Of a stretch of 64,000 nt of DNA, positions 13,617-29,855 are shown one piece after another (position 1 is the stretch's first letter; each line of letters opens with the position of its first letter). The notes below the pieces were generated by a model that saw only the letters and a program-made list of their open reading frames with translations, was not told where the DNA came from and ran no database searches. Source of the DNA: Octopus sinensis (Eukaryota); assembly GCF_006345805.1 (NCBI RefSeq), contig NC_043003.1:77376001-77440000 (forward strand), read 5' to 3'. The translations under genes were made by a program, and so were the position numbers.

Positions 13617-15724
13617 CTAGAAAGACAATAAATAAACAAATAATTCTAATTTTGGCACAAGGCCAGCAATCTTGAGGGGATGGGATAGCCAATTACATTG
13701 ACCCCAATAATCAAGTGGCTCTTATTTTGACAACAAAAAGATGAAAGCTAAAGTCAACCTCAGAAGCATTTGAAAAGCCATAAAAAAATGTCACAACGCA
13801 GTCTGTCTGACACACTAACAATTTTATCAGCTCACCACCTTATTAATCCTTTCTACTCTAAGCACAAAGCCTGCAATTTTGTGGGGAGGGACTAGTCAAT
13901 TATACCAACCCCAGTGCTCAACTGGTACTTATTTTATGGACTCTGAAAAGATGAAACACATAGATGACCTCAGCAAGATATGAACTTAGAAAATAAAGCT
14001 GTTAGAAATGTTCAGCATGCTAATCATTCTGCCAATTCATCACCTTAATAATTCTACTTCAAGTATAAGTCCTGAAATTTTGGGAAGTGGCTGGGTTAGT
14101 TGATTTCAGTGACCTCAGTATTTGACTGGTATTCATTTTATCAACCTCAAAACGATGGAGGAAAAAGTTGATCTCAGCAGACTTTGTCTGATATTTTTTT
14201 TTTTTTTATCTAGTTTCAGCTCACGAGCTGTGGCCATGCTGGGGCACCGCCATTTGATATGCTAACAATTCTATCAGCTCACTACCTTAATAATAATAAT
14301 TCTAATTTTTGGCATCAAGCCAGCAATTTAAGGGTCAAAGGGAAACCAGTTACATCAAAACCAGTGTATGACTGGTACTTGTTCTACCGACTCCAAAAGG
14401 AAGAAAGTCCAAACTGAACTCAGTGGAATTCAAACACGGAACATAAAGCTGGAAGAAATACTGCTAAACATTGCCACCTTAGTAATAATAATAATGATAA
14501 TGTTCAGTATATCACTAATGTTTACTTTATCAATCCCAGAAGGATTAGAAGGGAAGCCAACTCTGACGAAATTCAAATTAAGAATGTAAAAATAATTTTT
14601 CATAACACTAGAACAAGACCAAAAATCTAAAGAGAAAATTAATTTGATCACAGTACTCAAGAATGGTTGGCCTTGGATCCATAACCAAATCCTGCAGAGC
14701 ATTTTCCTCAAAATTTACTTTTTCTGTAAGGGACATAATACCACAAGACATTTCATCTATCACTCTACCCCAATATTTTCAATCATTCAAATTAAGAAAT
14801 AAATCTTGAAAGAGAGTAACATGGATTCCAATAGTTATTTACATTAATTTTCATATTGTAGTCAGTGAAGAAATACCTGGTTACACCAGTGCTTCTCATA
14901 CTATTTTTTTAACTATTGCCTCTTTTCTTTTACTAACACTGTTCCAACACAAATACACAACAAAATTTTGTTGCCAACAGGTGATTGAATAGCTTTAAAC
15001 AATTACTTGCACATAAGTCATTTCATCAATAAAATATAGAATATCAAAACATTTCAACCACTTTATTACCAGATGATTCACACAAAACAAAAACTGACAA
15101 TATTTTTGAAAATTAGAGTAATAAAAAAAAAACAATTTATAGAAAATCTGTGCACCTTACTGCCCCTTTGTCCCCAGTACCCCCATAAAATTTTCAGGGG
15201 GCAGTGCTGCCCACTCTAAGAAATACTAGGTTTCAGGCTTTCAGTGCACCCATCACTGGTTGAATGCATTTCAAAGAAGGGAATGAATGGATACAAGCCA
15301 CTGCCTTCTAAGAAGCTGAGAGGACCGAAATAAAGATAAGCAAGAGGAGACAGAATGTTAGCTCAAACTGAAGAGTAGAGCAGAGTAGAGGCTGGTATAT
15401 AGGTAAACTGAGGCCAAAAAGAGTAATGCTAGGCCTGGAGATATAATAAAATCAATGCCTGTCTTCAAAACTTCTTTCTTGCAATTTAGTCCAAATTAGT
15501 GCAGCATCTAAATGTCTTCAGCAGTTCTAAGTAGCTTTTAAGAGCCAAAATTTAGTTAGGTGTCAATGTTAGAACAACAAAAGATAAATACCCCACTCTT
15601 GATAAGCCACCAGTGCAGCACAAGTAACATTCCTAAATGATTTGGCACCTCTATTCCACATTTAGGTGAAGAGAAGAATGTAGAATTAAATATACTGCTT
15701 ATATACACACTAAAATACCAGCTA

Positions 15725-15952
<228 letters not shown>

Positions 15953-16584
15953 CTAAAAAGAAATTGAGAAAAATAAATAAATTAAAAAGATATAACAGGT
16001 AATTTGTTTACTAACTACATAGTTCTGGGTTCAGTCCCATTGCGTGGCACCATGGACAAGTGTCTTCTTCTATAGCCTTGGGCCGACCAAAGCATTGTGA
16101 GTGAATTTGGTAGATGGAAACTGAAAGAAGCCCGTCGTGTGTGCGTATATTAATATATATATATATATATATATATTTGTTTGTGTGTCTGTGTTTGTCC
16201 TCCCAACATCACTTGACAACTGATGCTGGTGTGTTTACGTCCCGTAACTTAGCAGTTCAGCAAAAATTACCAATAGAATAAGTACTAAGCTTACAAAGAA
16301 TAAGTCCTGGGGTCAATTTGCTCAACTAAGGTGGAGCTCCAGCATGGCTACAGTCAAATGACTGAAACAAGTGAAAAAAAAAAGGACTTTCTTTTCATTT
16401 TGTGTATTTACAGTTACTCCTACTTGGGTTTTGTAAACTTTTGTGTAGAGCTAGCGAAAATTAATACGCTAATATTAAAACAGAAACTTAACTTACATAA
16501 AACAAAGAGTTGTTCTAACTCTGCAATAGCAATTTACAGCTAGATGGACTGGACAAGCTTAACTATTTACACTATATATTGTTA

Positions 16585-16833
<249 letters not shown>

Positions 16834-16940
16834 CTAAACTAATTCACAAAATTTCCCTCTTTTAATTTAACTACCTGCTCTTATTGAGAAGTCTCTGTTC
16901 GCTCACAACTATCAAATTCAACTCATCTCTTCTTCATTCA

Positions 16941-17788
<848 letters not shown>

Positions 17789-20700
17789 ACATCAATCTTG
17801 TTATAATACAGATATTCAGTTTCTAGAGAGAAAAGAAAGTGTATATACAAGGGGGAAACAAAACCCTTTTATATATAGTCAACTAACTCATACACATGTA
17901 AAGAGAAACAATATAGAAGAGCTTTTGGTCTTGCTGCCAACAACTTCTCTAATGCATGATGCTAAACTGTTAGTGACAGCAAAGGCATCCAGTCATAAAC
18001 AGCAACAATGGATAGTTTTCTGTTGCTGTGTACCAGTTGACAAGAAGCAAGATGAAACCCATCCAATCCATACTGATAAGAAATACAAACATTATATATA
18101 CAAGCAGAAAGACCATCCTCCAAGAGGTTTTCTGCTAGCCAAACCTGGAGTGTGTGTGTTTATATTACAGAGATAGTGTATGTATATGTAAGAGAGAGAG
18201 AGAGAGAGAGAGAGAACATTGTAAACAATGAATGAAATAAGCATGAAATGAGAAAATCGTATAAATAAAAGCTCGTTAAAATCTATTGACATTCTTTCGG
18301 TTGAACCCTCAGAAATGTCAAAATGAACAGCTGGTTTTGTTCATTAATTTCCGTAAAATTTATTATTTACTTTTGTCTTAAAATGAAAGATGTGTATGTA
18401 CATGTATATGGAATGGACGTGTGTGTGAGAGAGAGAGTGCCACTTAGACATCACTCTCTTTATCTCACACATACACATGCAAAAAAGATGTATGCATATG
18501 TATTTATGTATGTACGTATGACAACACATCCCTTCACTCACTTTCTCACACACAAATGTATAGAAACGTACATACAAAAACACACGTGTGAGAGACTAAT
18601 TACAAATACATAGAGCTGAATACGGCATGCAAAATGTAAATAAATAAATTTTTTTTACAAAAATTAACTAAGTGTGCGGGTTCAAATGAAAGAATGCCAA
18701 ACTATCTCATACCGAATATTTAAATTTGTGAACTTGAATTATTCAATAATAAAAGAAGTTCATAAACTTTCCTGAAAACTTCAATTTATAAAAAATCTCA
18801 CTCACTTAGTAAATATCTCTTTCAGTAATTTACCATAGTTGTAATATATCTCTAATTTAAAGAAACTTCAAGGTAACCCTAGCATGTTTAGCATGCTAGA
18901 AATAGCAGAGATCACATAGTTATTATCGTAAGGGTTATAGCCTTCCAAACAGTCATACCAACAAAACCAATTTTATTTTTTTTAAATAATACAGACATAC
19001 TATATCATGGAAGCCTCAAAGTTATACAGCTATTTTGTCTAATAGTATTCATTCATTCAATAAATATTTTTTTTACATTATGTATATAGAATAAACTGTG
19101 AATTTTGAAAACACTGAAATGAATATATATTAAATTATCATTAATCAAGTGTCCTCTGCATTCATCATCCTTATCTCATAACATACATCACACTTTGCAC
19201 ACAGGTTATACAGTCTGCCCTTCATTTGTCAAGAGACATCTTGATGAACAGAAATTATTTCTGTTGATAAAGATAGCTCTGTGAATTGACCTTACTCTGG
19301 TTACTATGCCTAAGCAACACCTACCTCCACTGACTAGGTCACCAAGGTAACCAAACAAAATAGACAAGTTCAAACACATAGGGAACGGAGTTTCATTATA
19401 TGAATGCTCTTATTGTCAGCTACACCAGTCAGCCTGCATGGATTCCCAATCACATCTTTTGTGGATGTTATTTGCACTGGGTACCTACTAAGTTTCTATC
19501 TATTGAGAATAGAAATTTCTTGGTTCATAGCAGTAGTTTTTTCTTTCTTTATACAAAATTGACCTTTTGATGTTGATTCAAGACCCTGCTCTCGTGTCTG
19601 ATTCAGCTATGAGAGCTAAGCTGTTGGCTTGTACTTAAATGTGAACTCCACCATTACTAACTCTCACTTTGGTGGTAGTATCTCTGTACACAGCTTTTAT
19701 AAATCATTCCTTTACCCACATTTTTTTAACAATCATCAAACTACAGAATGTGATATTCTTTAAAGGATTTCCCCTAAGTCAACAAAATGGTTCATTTATG
19801 GCTAAGAACATATTTTGAAGTTGCCTCACCAAAAAGAGGTTCCACAACCTGGCACAAACCCAGACTGAATCTCAAAGATAATTATTCTTTTCATTATAAA
19901 CTTTGCTACAATTCTCACTGCCATGCTTAGGACAGTTTATTAATGTCTCTGTAGTTATTTCATCCTAAAGCATCTCTTTTGCTAAGTTTACAATGATGTT
20001 GCTATGCCTATCATTGGCAAAATACATCCCTGTACAAATTTCAGCACCTCTGTTACCATCCGTGATGGTCAACCTTTTATGTTGCCTTCTGGCAGAATTG
20101 CTAAGACATTGGAGAAAATTTCTTGCAGTATTTGTTTTAACATTGAGTTCAAATTCTATTGTAGTGTTCATAAAATAAAGCACCAATCCAAGTAGAGGGC
20201 TGATGGAATCAACTTGTTAGAAAAACGCTTTGTATTATGTTAAATCTCTTTGCATTCTGAATCTACCTGCACTGACACTTAGCTGCATTATCATGTTGGC
20301 CTGCGTCTGGCATATGGAGAGGGAAATCTGCTGAGTGGGAGACTGTGGGTCCACTCCCACAACCCCCAAAAATTAGAACCCAGACCTGTGTCCCAAAAGA
20401 CTTAGGTACAGATGCATGGGCAAGCTTGACCGATAGAGATATCCACTTCTGTGATGGATCATTCTATTGGGATCCACTTAGTTAAATTTTCTTCTGCACA
20501 TTCCACTTGTTCAGTAACAACTGGTAGTATTGATTTTCTGTCGCTTCTCAGTAGCAGTGAAGGTAAGTGTGCATCTATCATTTCCATAGGCATTTTCTCC
20601 AACAGAGTCCTAACTTACACTGACACATGCCTTGCATTATGCAACACCTCACACTTCTGATCCTCAGCATAGAACATTGGTAAATCTACTTAGTTTTCCC

Positions 20701-21511
20701 ACTTATAAGATACATATACAAATATTAGCATAGTTAAGAAGTTGGTTTCCCAACCATGTGGTTTTTGGTTCAATAAACTATGGGGAACTTGGGCAAGTGT
20801 GTTTTGCTGTAGCACTGACCCTTTAGATACCAACTTGACTGCAGTTTTTGATTCTATGTTAGAAATTTCCTAGTTTAAAGCTATCTAAATTAAAATCTTC
20901 CATCAAAATTTCATGATCATATATGATACAAACACCAGTTTAATAATGAAAAAATTATTTTACTAAATTCTTCATTATTTCCAAAATTAACTGAAACACT
21001 GGTCACAAAAAGATTAAAGATTATCAATGTTTTTTGAATGGCATTTAGCAGTGCAAAGTGTGTCAAAAGGTGTGCATGCGTACCGTGTAAGAACACAGCC
21101 TTTTAAATAAGAAAGAGACAAAGCCATTAGACAACAATCAATAAAATATGTAACAGATTGAAATAAGAACTGGGAATGATACGATTGGCTGAAACTCGAG
21201 GGTAGTACTCTAGCATAGCTCAAGTCCAATTTTTGAATCCAATACAAGAACATACACAAGCACACTGTTAATACATATGAATGATTTCCATTTTCAATCC
21301 AAGAAAGCTAATGTGCAAAGAATAGGTGATTGAATCAAAACAATGTATTTAACTGGTATTTTATATCAAGCAAACCTTTCTAGGAAATAAGGACCCATGA
21401 AATGTTATATTAACCCACAACAGGATTTAAAACTTTGTAAAAAGAATAAAGTAAATATTGTATTTCTAATTTTGGCTCAAGGCCAGGTGTTTACAGTTAA
21501 GTGGTATAGAC

Positions 21512-21803
21512 CAGTGCTTCTCAAACTATCTGATGTGGCATACTGGCAGTTTTTTGTTTTGTTTCCAATGTGCCAGGGACCTGTAATATTTCTTAATAAT
21601 ATTCATTTATACCGGAAACAATATATATAATAAATATTGACAATTAAAAAATTTTTTTAATATTTATTTTGTAAACAAATATAATACAATATTACAAAAG
21701 CATTTTGTAATGTTTCTTTCTTTTCTGGAAACTCACTGCGTACCAGCAGCTGACAGCTCACGGACTGAAACTGGTCCACACACCACCAGCTTGAGTAGCA
21801 CTG
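21512..21803. mobile_element. hAT-type MITE
   Basis: TIRs cagtgcttctcaaact and agcttgagtagcactg. 8-bp TSD gtatagac/ctatagac (7 of 8). Confidence 0.8.
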
Positions 21804-22159
21804 CTATAGACAACTGAAGTGAACTTTATCATTACATTATTGGTGATTACAATATTAACTACGAAAGGATAAAACCACAAATCCACCTTGGCAGTGTAAA
21901 ATAATCCTACTATATACCATAAGGCTGGACTTTTTCTGTTATTCCACTATTCTAATGAATAAAATAATAATGATAGTGGTAATGAAATCAATATAATATC
22001 ACTGACATTTAAAGTTGGTAATATAAGGAGAAACTCAGTGCCAACATCAACAAATATGCAGTATTAATGCCTCTTCAACAGCTCCATTAATTAGGAGAAA
22101 ATGCCACATTTTAACATAGCTTTTAGTAATTTTTCATTTATTTATTGCTCCTCATTACA

Positions 22160-22520
22160 ATTAACAATGGTGAGAGAAATGTGTGGAGTGAAGTTGTTTG
22201 CTAAGAGGAGGAATGAGGACTTGATGGGGATGCTGAGGTTGGAGGAAGCAGTGGAATGGCTGGCAAGGGCAAACGGAGTGTGGTGGTATGGGCATGTGTT
22301 GAGAGATGAAGAGCAGGTTCTGAGGAGGGTGCTTGGGTTTGAGGTAAATGGACTGAGACCGAGGAAAACGTGGAAGGAACAGGTGGAGGAAGAGATTGAG
22401 ACGATTGGCTTGAGAAGGGAGGACACCCAAAACAGGGCAGTTGCTATGGCATTTAAGTAGATCCAGCAAGCCCCATTTATGAGGAAAAACCCAGATATTT
22501 AAAACACTGGATGATGATTA
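22160..22520 (+). mobile_element. RTE-clade LINE 3' fragment
   Basis: WYGHVLR...RPRKTWKEQVEEE C-terminal ORF2 motif, followed by a short gat tail. Confidence 0.75.
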
Positions 22521-22710
22521 ACATGAAGTATTTCTGATAATTCAGTGTTCCTGAAACCTTGCTAACTCTTTCCTTATTAACCTGCCCGTTGTGCCATACA
22601 GCAAGACTGAACCTAAAACTACATGGTTGGGAAGTAAACTTTTTAACTACACAGCTATGCCTGTTGTAAATGAGAAGCTGTTTGGTTAAAAAAAAGAAAA
22701 AAAATCATAC

Positions 22711-22894
22711 CTTCTTGATCTTCTTTTTCTTCGTTGTTCCTGTGACCGAGATCTGGATCTCCGCCTTTCTTTACTACGTGCTCTATTGCGTGGTGACCTT
22801 GATCTAGACCTGCGGCCCCTGCCAGCTTGAGGTGCACCTTGAGGAAAAGGACCAGGTGGGCCAGCAGCCCCAGGGGATCTACGACGTCGTTCAT
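22711..22894 (-). CDS. U2AF2: U2AF65 coding exon 2, RS domain (DERRRRSPGAAGPPGPFPQGAPQAGRGRRSRSRSPRNRARSKERRRSRSRSQEQRRKRRSR)
   Basis: Acceptor ttttcttttttccacag, donor AG|GTATGA. 184 nt, phase 1 in and phase 2 out. Arg/Ser-rich reading frame. Confidence 0.92.
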
Positions 22895-24962
22895 CTGTGG
22901 AAAAAAGAAAAGATACATGTATATAGGAGTGACTGTGTGGTAAGTAGCTTGCTTACGAACCACGTGGTTCCAGGTTCAGTCCCACTGTGTGGAACCTTGG
23001 GCAATTGTCTTCTACTATAGACTCAGGCTGACTAAAGCCTTGAGTGGATTTGGTAGACAGAAACTGAAAGAAGCCCACTGAATATATATATATGTATGTA
23101 TGCATGTGTGTGTGTTTGTCCCCCCAACATCGCTTGACAACCGATGCTGGTGTGTTTACGCCCCCATAACTTAGCAATCCGGCAAAAGAGACCAATAGAA
23201 TAAGTACTAGGCTTACAAAGAATACGTCCCGGAGTCGACTTGTTTAGCTAAAGGCAGTGCTTCACAATAGCTGCAGTCAAATGACTGACATAAGTAAAAG
23301 AATGTGTGTGTGTGTGTGTGCATGACTTGTGGTTAAGGTGTTGCACTCATCATTGTAGTTTTGATTCCTGGACCAGGAAATGCACTGTGTTCTTGAGCAA
23401 AACACTTCAGTTCATGTTGCTCAAGTCCACTCAACTAGCAACAATGCATAATCCTGAAACAGAACACCTTGCAGTCCGGCAGGCAAATACGTATACCACA
23501 GAATTCAGGAAACTTGAGAAGATCCTTTGACACCTTTTTTATACATACACAAATATTGTAATGTTGCTAACTATTTATTTATTTTATTTTATCTAGTTTC
23601 AGCTCACAAGTTGTGGCCATGTTGGGGCATATATCCAAGAGCAGAATAAAACTAGGTAATGATTATTGCATGGCATACTATGAGTTTCTAATAAAAAATT
23701 TTGTAACCAAATATCCAGTTTTATTTTGTTCTTGCATGTCCACATGTATGTGAGTATATATACAAACACACACATATAGACAGGCTTTTTATTAATAACT
23801 GGCAAAAGTTAGAGTAACTCAAGGGCCAAGAGTTTCATGTGGCACTTATACAAGTTTCAAATCTGCATATATATATATATATATATACTAGCTGGTTTAC
23901 ATGATAATCCCAGGGGGTAAAGATGTTCTATTGAAACACCTTATTACTCTGATATAAGAAAGCAATTTTGTTATAACTGCCAAAAAAAAAAGAGTATTTT
24001 ACGTCACAAAATAGTACAAAAAAACTGACAGCTGGAGGATTGTGGAGGTTGGCAAGAGGCAAAGACATTATTCAGCTTAGCAAAGACATCTGGGGAAACG
24101 TATAACTGCTGTCATTCACAGAAAAACTGTTGTTTTACTGTGAGAAAAGTACTGTTGAAGTGTTAAGTGAAATTTGGGAATCGAGGATCGAATACACACT
24201 ATGCCTGCATGAAGCCACTACAAATACATTGTGGAATAAAAAATTTATCTACTGTCATGGAAAGAGTGTAACTAAAAATGCAGAATTATTGGAGTAATGG
24301 GTATTCATAGAAATGTATGAATGAAATCTTTAAGGTTTAAGATTCAAATTAAGGAAATGCAATAATAATGTTTAGCAGTTGAAAACTGAGAAGTGAAATG
24401 CAGAATTAGGTTGGCTGATCATGAGAATCAAATATTGATCGCTTCGCTAAAATCTGCAGGTGACATGTATTATTTCCCTTGGGTTGTTAAAATAAAATAT
24501 TAGTAATATGTAGTAGATAGAAGGATCCATTGGAAGGGCCCTACTTTCGATTTTTTTTCAACAATCTAAGTATGTCACGAGGTTTCTAGACATGAGTTCT
24601 ACTCACGTGTCAAAGTATAAAAGTGATATTGTCTGCAAAAATTAGAAATAGGACAAAAAAAAAAATCAATATTCAAACTAAAATGAAATTGGTTATTTCC
24701 CTTGAGTGTTTGAAAAAAATTAGTTATATGAGGTAGTATAATGGTCCCTTCCAGGGGCCGTATTATTGATTTTTTTCCACAATCTAAGTATGTCACAAGG
24801 TTTCCAGACGAGTTCTACTCACATATCAAGTTTCATTAAAATCAATAAAATGATGTAGGAGATAGCTAACAATGCCACAAACAAACACTTACCGATTTTC
24901 CACATATGTAGTAGATATACACACATATATACATGGAGGGCACATATATATATATATATATA

Positions 24963-25751
24963 CTAGCAGCATAGCCCGGCGTTGCCCAGGTATGTAAGAG
25001 CCCCTAGTAGGCAACGACTAATCCCAATCCAGTCCTTTCCCTCTAGGGAACGAAGGCGCATGTGTAGGTTGCAATGTCTTCTCTTCACTCCCAAATAACT
25101 ATCAAACAGCTATTGATAATTCAACCCAACCAATTCCTATCAGGAAGAAATTATATTCGAGACTTTACCCCCAACTTCTGCTAATAGCTGCTGCAGCCGC
25201 AAGTTATTCGAATACATTTTTTGTTTACACTTTCTTTATAACTACCACCCCAAACGTTTTACCTTAAATTTTTGACGTACCCTAAGGGTCCTCGGACGCT
25301 ACTTGCAAACTCTTGGTTTATTATAAACCGCTTTTGTCGTGTGCACAAAAAAAACCTTTTCCATTCGTTTGTTCAGTTTGGTCACTTTTGACTTTTTCGT
25401 TGTTGTCACTTACATTGCTGCCCGCTTTTTTGCCGTTTTTGTACATTTTTATACATTTTGGGATACTTACCCCACGTGTTCCGAGAGTTAAAAAGGTCGA
25501 GTTGCGTCCCCATGACAGTCTGTAGGAAATGTGTTGCATATAAAAGGCTTAGATTCTCGACCCATGTCGAATTTATCGATTTTTTTCAGAACTGGGGGGA
25601 CTTTTCAAAATTTTCGCTGCGTTAGTTTTGAATTATGACATTGGGCTATGTGTGTGTCAAGTTTCATCAGAATCGGTTGAAAGCCGTGGTCAGGGTGAGG
25701 GTACAACCTGACAGACACACAGACAGACAAACTGCCGTTTATATATAAAGA
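24963..25751 (-). mobile_element. Non-autonomous Helitron
   Basis: Minus strand: A|TCTTTATATATAAA ... cctgggcaacgccggg ... CTAG|T, inserted in (TA)n. Confidence 0.85.
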
Positions 25752-28700
25752 TATATATAAATACACATGCATATTTGGAGTGCGCATATATATATATATA
25801 CATACACATGCATATACACACAGATATATACATACAAATATATACATACACATGCATATACACACATATAGATATATACATACACATGCATATACACACA
25901 TATAGATATATACACATATACACACACATAATATGCACAGTCACATAAATACACACAAAGCAGTTCAAAAACCATGTTTAACCAGACTAGATTTAACTGG
26001 AATAATGTTGATGCCAAAAAGCCTGATGAACATCACAAAGTAGTCACTGATTTTCAACAGCCTGAAATATATTGTTTTACCCTTGTTACACTAACATAAG
26101 TATCATATTTGAGGCTTAGAATTATTCTTCTTCATCATGCCAATACAGGCATGTCATTTATCCTAGTTGTTTTTATTCAAGTTAAACACTTCAAATTTAG
26201 AATTATTACTGGATAATGTATAATGCCAAAAGGATGGTTGTTTTCTTTTATTTTTTAAATTTATTATTATTATTTTTTTACAAATCAACTGTGGTTAAGT
26301 TATCATCAGACACCATTAACCCATTTTCTAACCAGCTCACCCAACTCCAAAAAAGTGTTCTCTGAATAGCACAAGCTTAATAGAGAAAACGTAAAACAGA
26401 GATCATAATAGAAAGCAAAAATATAGAAGTACAGACAAAATAACTAATGCATTTTGCATTTTCATTGAAATTAAACTGATGCGTATTACACCAGAAAGTA
26501 TTTTAGTGTCAATTCCAACCTAATAGAATTACACTAATAGGCAGACTTCTCATATGTGAATAGCCTGCAGGAATCTCATCTGCTCAACATATATTGTCTA
26601 AAACAGTGGTGAAACTGAATAACTTTTTTCACAACAGCAAGTTTATATCCAAGTACACAGTAGCAGAGTAGAATGGCAATTCAGTGATGGCCCATAACTT
26701 CAATGTTGTAACTATTCTTTCTAGAACTTTAAACAGGTCACAGCAACTAAAGGATTTATTTGAAGGAAAATTTGTTTTAAGTGGTATGTATATAAGCAGC
26801 TTGTTGCCTTTTCTTTGATGGTGATATTATTGCTGCTATTGTTGGTAGCAACTGAATGTTTAGGATCAAACCACCAGTCCAGCACATCATATACATAAAA
26901 ATACAATGAAATAGACTGTCGAGATGGATATGATATACAGCTTGCTAGTTCATCACAACAACCATTTTTTAAATTCCGCTTTTCTATGCCTGCATGCACT
27001 GCACAGGTTTTCTCAAGCACAGCATCTCATCATTCATAAGAATAAAAGGCATTCTAATAAATAACCAGTGCATAGTCCACTGAGGGTTCTATGAACTATG
27101 TAGACATTCAGCAGCTGAACAGACCTGAAATACTTTCAGGAAACAAATTTTTGGACTGGGATGCAGCTTTTACAAAGCTACAACAAGTCGAAGAACTATG
27201 CCATGCTCCCATGACTGTTTCGGAATGATTTCTATGGCTAAATGTCCTTCCTAATGCCAACTACTTAAGTGTATGAGATGATTCTTTTATGGCACTAGTG
27301 AAGCCAACATGTACATTGCAAGACTAAAGACATCCCCTTAACTAAATGAGAGTAGAAGAGAGAGAGAGAAGCAGCTTTATGCTACTAGGTGTTGAGAAGT
27401 ATAATAGGAATATGTTTCTTGCTATAGAGGAAGTACATGGCTACCTTACAATATATATGGATAGATGGAAGTAACTGAACGTTGAGCTGGAAAAAGAGAT
27501 AAAGATGGTGGTGACAAGGTGTCAGGACAGAATAGCATAAGGTGAATAGAGTGTGAAGCAGATGTAGAGGAAGATTGATTTAGGGATGCAAGTAGGAATG
27601 AATGTTGTGAATGGTGACCAAGAGTAAAAGAGTGGTTAGATTTAAAATGAGTAAAAAAAAAAATATGTTTTTAGAATTTTGAAAACTAAAGCATTCATTT
27701 AAACAGGTCAATTTTTTTTTTTGGGGGGGGGTGATTAATTTTGGTAACTTTAACAGAGATTATATAGTTGCCCACGAAAGTAAAAAATGCCTTTATGCAT
27801 AGGTTGAACAGAAAGTTCTTGATATTCAGTATTATTTTTTAAAAGGAGCACCTGAAAGATATTGGTTGGGATTACTGGCAAAATGTGGTTCTCAAGAAGA
27901 ACTGCCCACCTCAGGGAAAGAGTTCTGGTAAAGCTGAATATATGTACTTGTGTGTGTGTGTCATAAGAAAAAGAGACGACAAAGGAATAAATGATTATCT
28001 TATGAACTTCATTAGCTTGCAGCTGTTTCTGTTATAAGATGCAGTGACTCATAGTTGAGTGCCAAAGAAACTCCTTACAGCTTCATTGAAGCCTGCATGC
28101 ACAACCGCCCCCTTCACCCAATTCTGCTGCTCTTCAAATATGGCACCACCATTCATCACTTCTCTAACTGCAGTTCTTTCTTGTCACCACTTTTCTTAGT
28201 ATCCAGAACCACTTCATGTGTTATCCATCCTTCAGCCATTAACACTGATCTATACAACTACACTTTCATTAATTACTAACACCCATTGTGCCACAAAAAT
28301 ATTCTTGGGGTGTAGTCATTCTTGTGGATGTGGTACAGGATTTTCATTTATGCTTACATTGCCCACAGCACTTAATATTACTGTAAAGTATCCAGGACTG
28401 ATCTGATCTCAAAACGGTGCTTGGAGATGACATGAATGGAGTAATTTACAGTAGCCAAGTCTATGTTGACAATTTGCTGCTGAAAGCAGGAGAAAAGCAT
28501 CCAACTCACTGAAACTTTTCCTAGCTTCTTCAAATGATTAAAAAAGGTGGAAAACTTTCTCTTCACAACTACATGGTTTTGGGTTCAGTCCCACTATAGT
28601 CTATCTACAACCTTAGGTTGACCTTTGTGTGCATGTCTCCATTTATCTAGATATCACACACCAGTTATAAACAAATGTCACCACCATAAAAGTGGTGTCA

Positions 28701-29472
28701 TTGGTTACAAACTTTTGGTCATATTTGAAAGACTATGGGAAATATCTTACTTGGGAACAAATTAGAGCCCGGGATAGGAAGAGCATCCATCTGTAGAAAA
28801 TGTGCCCGAATGAACTTAGTCTGATCTCTGCAAGCATGGAAAAGCAGATGCTCATGGTAACCTCATTAGTGCTAATTGCCTGAAGAAGGCACCTAATACA
28901 TACTATACACTGATATGGTATAAGGAAGGCATGCAGCCAAAGAAACCATGCCAAAGCAGACACTGGGACATACTAGTCCTTGGACCCATCAGATCCAATC
29001 AAACTATCCAAGCCATGCCAGTATGGAACATGGATAGTAAATGATTATATATATATATATATATACATACATACAAGAGAGAGAGAGATCATGCACAAGA
29101 AAGCAAATTAGAATGAAATAAACTGAGATATTAAAACACCTGTCTGTAGGTAAAAGAATGTTAGCATTCTTTCTATGCTGTCAATGTGCAGAAAATAGGG
29201 AGTCACCTGACAGATTGTTTCATAGTTTGTTCACTGCTCCTCAGGAGACATACCCAGCTTCCTTTTTTCAAGCAATAATACAGATCAGCTGCTAAACAAT
29301 TTATTCACAACAGAGTACAAGCCAAGAAGAAATGAAATAAATTTAAATAGTACATAGCCTTACTTTGCGTAAAATAAGAATATAAGCATATTCTATATTA
29401 CTGATGAATGGGAAAATATGCTTCAAATAAACTTCGTCTGATGCATACAAACATATAAAAGTGAATGTTAAA

Positions 29473-29855
29473 TCTTTATATATAAAAGTGAGGTTGTGTG
29501 CTGTCCGTCTCCTACGATTTAGATTCCTAACTACTCCCACATTTTGCGATGCAGTTTAACCAAAACCGGGTATCTTATAGTCGTGATTCATATCGAGCCC
29601 TTCTGGGTATTAGTGCGCGTCTACGATTTAAAAAAAAATTTACCATCAATTTTTCCCATTTTTAATGCATTTTTGGCATATATAAGGGAAGTAACTCTCT
29701 AAAAATTTATTAAATCTCTGAACGTAAAAAGCTACAGTAACACCCTCCCCTTTGTGGTTAGCCATATTGAGATGGCTATTATACTTTACATCTCTAAAAA
29801 TGCTTATATAGTTATTTCCCTTACAAACCCGAGCAACGCCGGGCGATACTGCTAG
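29473..29855 (+). mobile_element. Non-autonomous Helitron
   Basis: A|TCTTTATATATAAAAG ... cccgagcaacgccgggcgatactgCTAG|T. Confidence 0.88.

Noticed and set aside
19260-20700. Less AT-rich stretch that may be decayed coding sequence (also 36880-37500)
   Set aside because: No recognisable protein motif in any frame by eye; tBLASTx would be needed.
22892-22894. ATG at the start of exon 2 as the U2AF2 start codon
   Set aside because: It is out of frame with the RS domain; kept only as a low-interest alternative ORF.
24887-24905. ATG TGG AAA ATC G|GTAAGT as a possible U2AF2 first exon
   Set aside because: The phase fits, but there is no homology. The 32072-32129 exon matches the known N-terminus.
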